Of a DNA stretch of 27,235 nt, positions 24,499 to 27,235 are shown piece by piece. Source of the DNA: a virus (taxonomy: Duplodnaviria > Caudoviricetes); the IMG/VR virus record IMGVR_UViG_3300014309_000021, positions 1 through 27,235 of that record. One strand, written 5' to 3'. The stretch's first letter is position 1. The number at the start of each line of letters is the position of its first letter. The notes beneath the pieces are model-generated. The model was not told the DNA's origin. It ran no database searches and worked only from the letters and a program-made list of their open reading frames with translations. The translations under genes and the position numbers were made by a program.

Positions 24499-24807
24499 AT
24501 GCCAAACTGTGCAACATGTGGCAAGGATGTTAAAGGCGGAATCAGCATGGGCGGTACGCTCCTATGCCGGGAGTGTGCGGCAGATGTCGAGATTGAGATT
24601 GAGCGACTTCGGGCAGAGGGAAAGCAGGTGAACGTCGCAATAATAGCGCGTAAGATGTTTAGAGAGTCTTGCACGCAGGGTGGTTACAAGCTAAACGACA
24701 TCCCCAAGGAGTTGTGGGATGCAGCCAAACATAAGGCCGTGGATAAGGGGATTAGTTTGCGGGAGTTGATATTGCAAGCAATCAAGGAGTTTATAGACCG
24801 GGATTAA
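24499..24807 (+). CDS. Zinc-finger plus C-terminal Arc/RHH DNA-binding protein
   Basis: CATC...CREC; YKLNDIPKELWDAAKHKAVDKGISLRELILQAIKEF. Confidence 0.75.
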   Translation: MPNCATCGKDVKGGISMGGTLLCRECAADVEIEIERLRAEGKQVNVAIIARKMFRESCTQGGYKLNDIPKELWDAAKHKAVDKGISLRELILQAIKEFIDRD

Positions 24808-24822
24808 TCCGGTTATTTTTTT
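24797..24822 (+). terminator. Terminator closing the accessory cassette
   Basis: ACCGGG-ATTAA-TCCGGT followed by TATTTTTTT. Confidence 0.75.
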
Positions 24823-24824
24823 GC

Positions 24825-24883
24825 AAAGATGAGACTAAATGAGATTGTTTAACCTTGTTTTTGCCGGTTTAAGGGTATATCAT
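24825..24883 (+). promoter_or_regulatory. Activator-dependent late promoter (ArpU/RinA-type direct repeat)
   Basis: ATGAGAC-TAA-ATGAGAT direct repeat, poor -35, -10-like TATCAT at 24878. Confidence 0.6.
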
Positions 24884-24890
24884 GAGATCG

Positions 24891-25034
24891 TGCAGTTCCA
24901 GCAATCGTCTCCAGATATTGTATCCAAATAATGTCAAGGAGATGACGATTACGGAAACCGAATAACGCGTGCAGGCTACGCAACAACTAGACGCTCAAAG
25001 AGAGCGATGCAGGATGATACCTGTTTATTTTTTT
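24891..25034 (+). ncRNA. Candidate multibranch late-leader RNA ending in a terminator
   Basis: Stems AATCGTC/GACGATT, CTCC/GGAG, CGG/CCG, GCGT/ACGC, CGCTC/GAGCG; GCAGG/CCTGT plus U-tract. Confidence 0.5.
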
Positions 25035-25035
25035 A

Positions 25036-25156
25036 TACGGTAGAAACGCCGTAAAGCGTGGCTTGGCTTAGGCTCCACGCTCTTAAGCGCCTAGATTCCG
25101 GCTATGTAAGCCGGCAGGCGCAGAATTTTACAGTTGTCAAAAGATAGCTGTTTTTT
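25036..25156 (+). ncRNA. Candidate four-hairpin RNA ending in a terminator
   Basis: TACGG/CCGTA, AGCGTGG/CCACGCT, GCGCCT..CCGGCT/AGCCGG..AGGCGC, ACAGTTGTC/GATAGCTGT plus T-run. Confidence 0.5.
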
Positions 25157-25158
25157 AT

Positions 25159-25232
25159 TGGCCTTTAGTTTAACGGTAAAACCTGCGCCTTATATGCGTA
25201 TGTTGACAGTTCGATTCTGTCAGGGTCTACCA
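25159..25232 (+). tRNA. tRNA-Ile, anticodon UAU
   Basis: D-stem GTTT/AAAC, anticodon stem TGCGC/GCGTA with loop CT-TAT-AT, T-arm GACAG-TTCGATT-CTGTC, discriminator A, encoded CCA; U1:U72 mismatch. Confidence 0.85.
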
Positions 25233-25239
25233 GATAATT

Positions 25240-25264
25240 AGCAACCTTTCGGGGTTGCTTTTTT
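25240..25264 (+). terminator. Terminator after the tRNA
   Basis: AGCAACCT-TTCG-GGGTTGCT-TTTTT. Confidence 0.8.
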
Positions 25265-25276
25265 ATTGCTTAAATT

Positions 25277-25369
25277 TAGGCGCTCACCGGGCTGTACACC
25301 CGCAAACAGCGAACCTTCTCCGCTGCGTGAGTGCCTATTAAATTTTAGAGAGGGAATAAAAAGAGAAGG
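25277..25369 (+). promoter_or_regulatory. Structured 5' leader of antA (three-way junction with an anti-SD loop)
   Basis: TAGGCGCTCAC/GTGAGTGCCTA closing stem, two inner hairpins; loop CCTTCTC is complementary to GAGAAGG at 25363-25369. Confidence 0.65.
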
Positions 25370-25380
25370 ATGGGATTGAG

Positions 25381-26040
25381 ATGGAAGAATTAATCAGGCT
25401 GAACGAAAATGGTGGAGAATTTCCGATTGACGCAAGGGAATTGCACGAGAAACTTTTTGACGGTCAAGAACATTTTACACGCTTTAATGATTGGATTAAC
25501 AACCGAATTAAAGATTATGGTTTTGTTGAAGGACAAGACTTTTACTCAGAATTTAGTAAAAGCACTGGTGGGCGCAGAGCTGTTGAATATCATCTTACAA
25601 TTGATATGGGCAAAGAACTTGCAATGCTTGAAAATAATGAAAAGGGACGCATAGTTAGAAAATATTTTATCGCGGTTGAAAAAGCATTCAGACAAACGAA
25701 TGCGATTAAATTGGTTAGTAAAGAAGTCCGACGCGAATTGACCGATGCCTTGCGTGATTCTGGTCTTAACGAAAAGATGCATGGATTCGGTTATAAAACT
25801 TTTACCGATTTGGTTTATAAAATGGTTATCGGAATGAGTGCCAAGCAATTTAGAGTGGCACTCAACTTACCTAAAGATGCAAATGTCAGAGAATATATTA
25901 GCGAATTTCAGCGGCAGCAGGTAGCCAAGATCGAAAGGGCGGTTCAATCATTTATTGACTGCGGATTTGATTACAATGAAATTAAACAGATGTTAGAAAG
26001 CAAGGCACTGCCGACTAATAAAATCGGGTTGTTATCATGA
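25381..26040 (+). CDS. AntA/AntB-family antirepressor protein
   Basis: IDARELHE.L...TRFNDWI..RIKDYGFVEGQDF...GGR...EYHLTIDMGKELAMLE...G...RKYFI..EK. Confidence 0.9.
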   Translation: MEELIRLNENGGEFPIDARELHEKLFDGQEHFTRFNDWINNRIKDYGFVEGQDFYSEFSKSTGGRRAVEYHLTIDMGKELAMLENNEKGRIVRKYFIAVEKAFRQTNAIKLVSKEVRRELTDALRDSGLNEKMHGFGYKTFTDLVYKMVIGMSAKQFRVALNLPKDANVREYISEFQRQQVAKIERAVQSFIDCGFDYNEIKQMLESKALPTNKIGLLS

Positions 26041-26171
26041 TATTATTATGTCCCGTCTGCCGCAAGCCATTATCCAATAAGCCGGGGCAGATTGTGTTTA
26101 AATGTTGCGGCAGAGAATGGCTTATAACCGAGATTTACAAGGCGGAAAGAGAAAGAAGCGGAAAGAAATGA
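26037..26171 (+). CDS. 44-aa zinc-ribbon peptide (CPVC...CCG)
   Basis: ATGA overlap with antA. Confidence 0.45.
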   Translation: MILLCPVCRKPLSNKPGQIVFKCCGREWLITEIYKAERERSGKK

Positions 26172-26255
26172 AAGTATTGGTACCGGCAACTTGGAATTTG
26201 TTTTATTGGAGACCAAATGAAGGGATCAAGCTGGTGATTGTTAAGGATAAAGGCA

Positions 26256-26594
26256 ATGCCAAATAGAGCTTTCAAGCCATGTGCGCGATGCGGCGTCAAC
26301 CTAACCCGTGAGACGTACTGCACCGAGTGTAAACCATTGGCGCAGAGAGATGAGGACAAGAGGCGGGGCAGCGCTTATGAACGCGGATATAATGGGCGGT
26401 GGCAGCGATACAGCAAGCATTATCTTAAGCAGCCCGAGCATTTGTTTTGTGCCAAGTGTGGCGTTTTGGCTGAATGTGTCGACCATATTAGACCATGCGC
26501 TCCGGATAGCCCGGAATTTTTTGATCCTGAGAATCATCAGCCGTTGTGCATTCGCTGTAATTCGGCTAAGGGTAGGCGAGAGATTAGATATTAG
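26256..26594 (+). CDS. HNH endonuclease (terminase/cos-associated, HK97 gp74-like)
   Basis: MP....PC..CG...RGY..RW...C..C....VDHI.P...F.D..N.QPLC..CN..K; position just before cos. Confidence 0.9.
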   Translation: MPNRAFKPCARCGVNLTRETYCTECKPLAQRDEDKRRGSAYERGYNGRWQRYSKHYLKQPEHLFCAKCGVLAECVDHIRPCAPDSPEFFDPENHQPLCIRCNSAKGRREIRY

Positions 26595-26604
26595 GAGGGA
26601 AACA

Positions 26605-26817
26605 ATGATAACCTCATTTGGTCGAGGCCATAAGATTGAATATGTTAATAACAGATGGATTTATTCCGATAACAAGCAGCCCTTTGATGATTCAAGACCC
26701 TGCAAGCGGTGCGGGCGGATGCCAACTAAAGACGGATATGATGCTTGCTTGGGACACATTTGTGGGGCGACATCGACTTGCTGTGGGCACGGGACAGAAC
26801 CGCCGTATGTTATTTAA
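26605..26817 (+). CDS. Cys-rich small phage protein (RPC..CG...DACLG.I...CCGHG)
   Basis: AGGAGG SD before ATG 26605. Confidence 0.75.
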   Translation: MITSFGRGHKIEYVNNRWIYSDNKQPFDDSRPCKRCGRMPTKDGYDACLGHICGATSTCCGHGTEPPYVI

Positions 26818-26837
26818 TATATATCGAGGTGATTAAT

Positions 26838-27107
26838 GTGGACGGGTATAAACAACAGACGATATATCAGGAAACATTCGCGGAATACATGCACAGATCA
26901 GGCAGTTACAGCAAGCGGGAAATGATTAAAAAGCAGATAATATTTAACATTGCCTTTGCCGTTCATTGCGTTAAACGTATTCCAAGCGCTATATATGATT
27001 TATATTCCAAATATGTTTATGTTCCTATTTTGTGGGAATTAAACAAAAACAATGAATTGAAAATTACAAGAAAAGGAATTGATTACGTAAAAAGCAAAAT
27101 AAAATAA
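26838..27107 (+). CDS. Hypothetical phage protein
   Basis: GAGGTG SD, GTG start. Confidence 0.5.
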   Translation: MDGYKQQTIYQETFAEYMHRSGSYSKREMIKKQIIFNIAFAVHCVKRIPSAIYDLYSKYVYVPILWELNKNNELKITRKGIDYVKSKIK

Positions 27108-27192
27108 CATATATTGTAATAAATACTAGTAAAATGCATTTAAGAATACATAATCAAACATATTATTGTAATCAAATGGTAATTGAAGGGAA

Positions 27193-27235
27193 GGGGAGGG
27201 GGGCCAAAAGTCTCTGAGCTTGGGCTAAGATAGAC
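27193..27235 (+). other. Probable cos-proximal packaging signal
   Basis: GGGGAGGGGGG-CCAAAAGTCTCTG...AGAC downstream of HNH, as seen before 3'-cos sites of HK97-type phages. Confidence 0.55.

Larger units (their letters stand above)
1..27235. mobile_element. Temperate Firmicutes phage genome segment (attP form; lysogeny, early/replication and late-control modules up to a probable cos end)
   Basis: Integrase, CI/Cro, xis, Gp157/AAA_24/DUF669, replication initiator, YopX, VRR-NUC, ArpU, AntA and HNH in canonical siphovirus order; strong GGAGG SD sites; no host housekeeping genes. Confidence 0.95.

Noticed and set aside
24891-25156. CRISPR mini-array or additional tRNAs
   Set aside because: Hairpins share no repeated sequence and lack T-loop/D-loop consensus
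26308-26604. N-terminal part of the 169-aa track ORF
   Set aside because: Overlaps HNH in another frame; true start is 26605

Overview
The whole window is part of a temperate Firmicutes (Bacillota) phage genome, apparently in the free (non-integrated) form. An intact attP (3' half of tRNA-Leu(TAA) with arm-type repeats on both sides) lies at ~2050-2327, and the sequence stops at what looks like an HK97-type cos region. Gene order: small accessory genes, attP, tyrosine integrase, CI/Cro switch, two ParB-like genes, excisionase, early accessory ORFs, Gp157/Sak4-like/DUF669 recombination module, replication initiator with iterons and helicase loader, MTase, PAPS-reductase-like protein, YopX x2, VRR-NUC, MazG-like protein, ArpU/RinA-like late activator, AntA-type antirepressor, HNH, cos. 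The most unusual content is non-coding. (1) A 2.3-kb self-regulated cassette sits between the late activator and its predicted promoter; it carries RHH regulators, a stand-alone DarA_C-like protein and a circularly permuted twister ribozyme. (2) The late leader is packed with hairpin RNAs and holds a rare tRNA-Ile(UAU) and a pseudoknotted antA leader. (3) A structured RNA candidate beside attP resembles a shortened c-di-AMP (ydaO) riboswitch and shares a 16-bp sequence with a consensus promoter that fires antisense into the integrase. All family assignments are by-eye motif recognition, not database searches.
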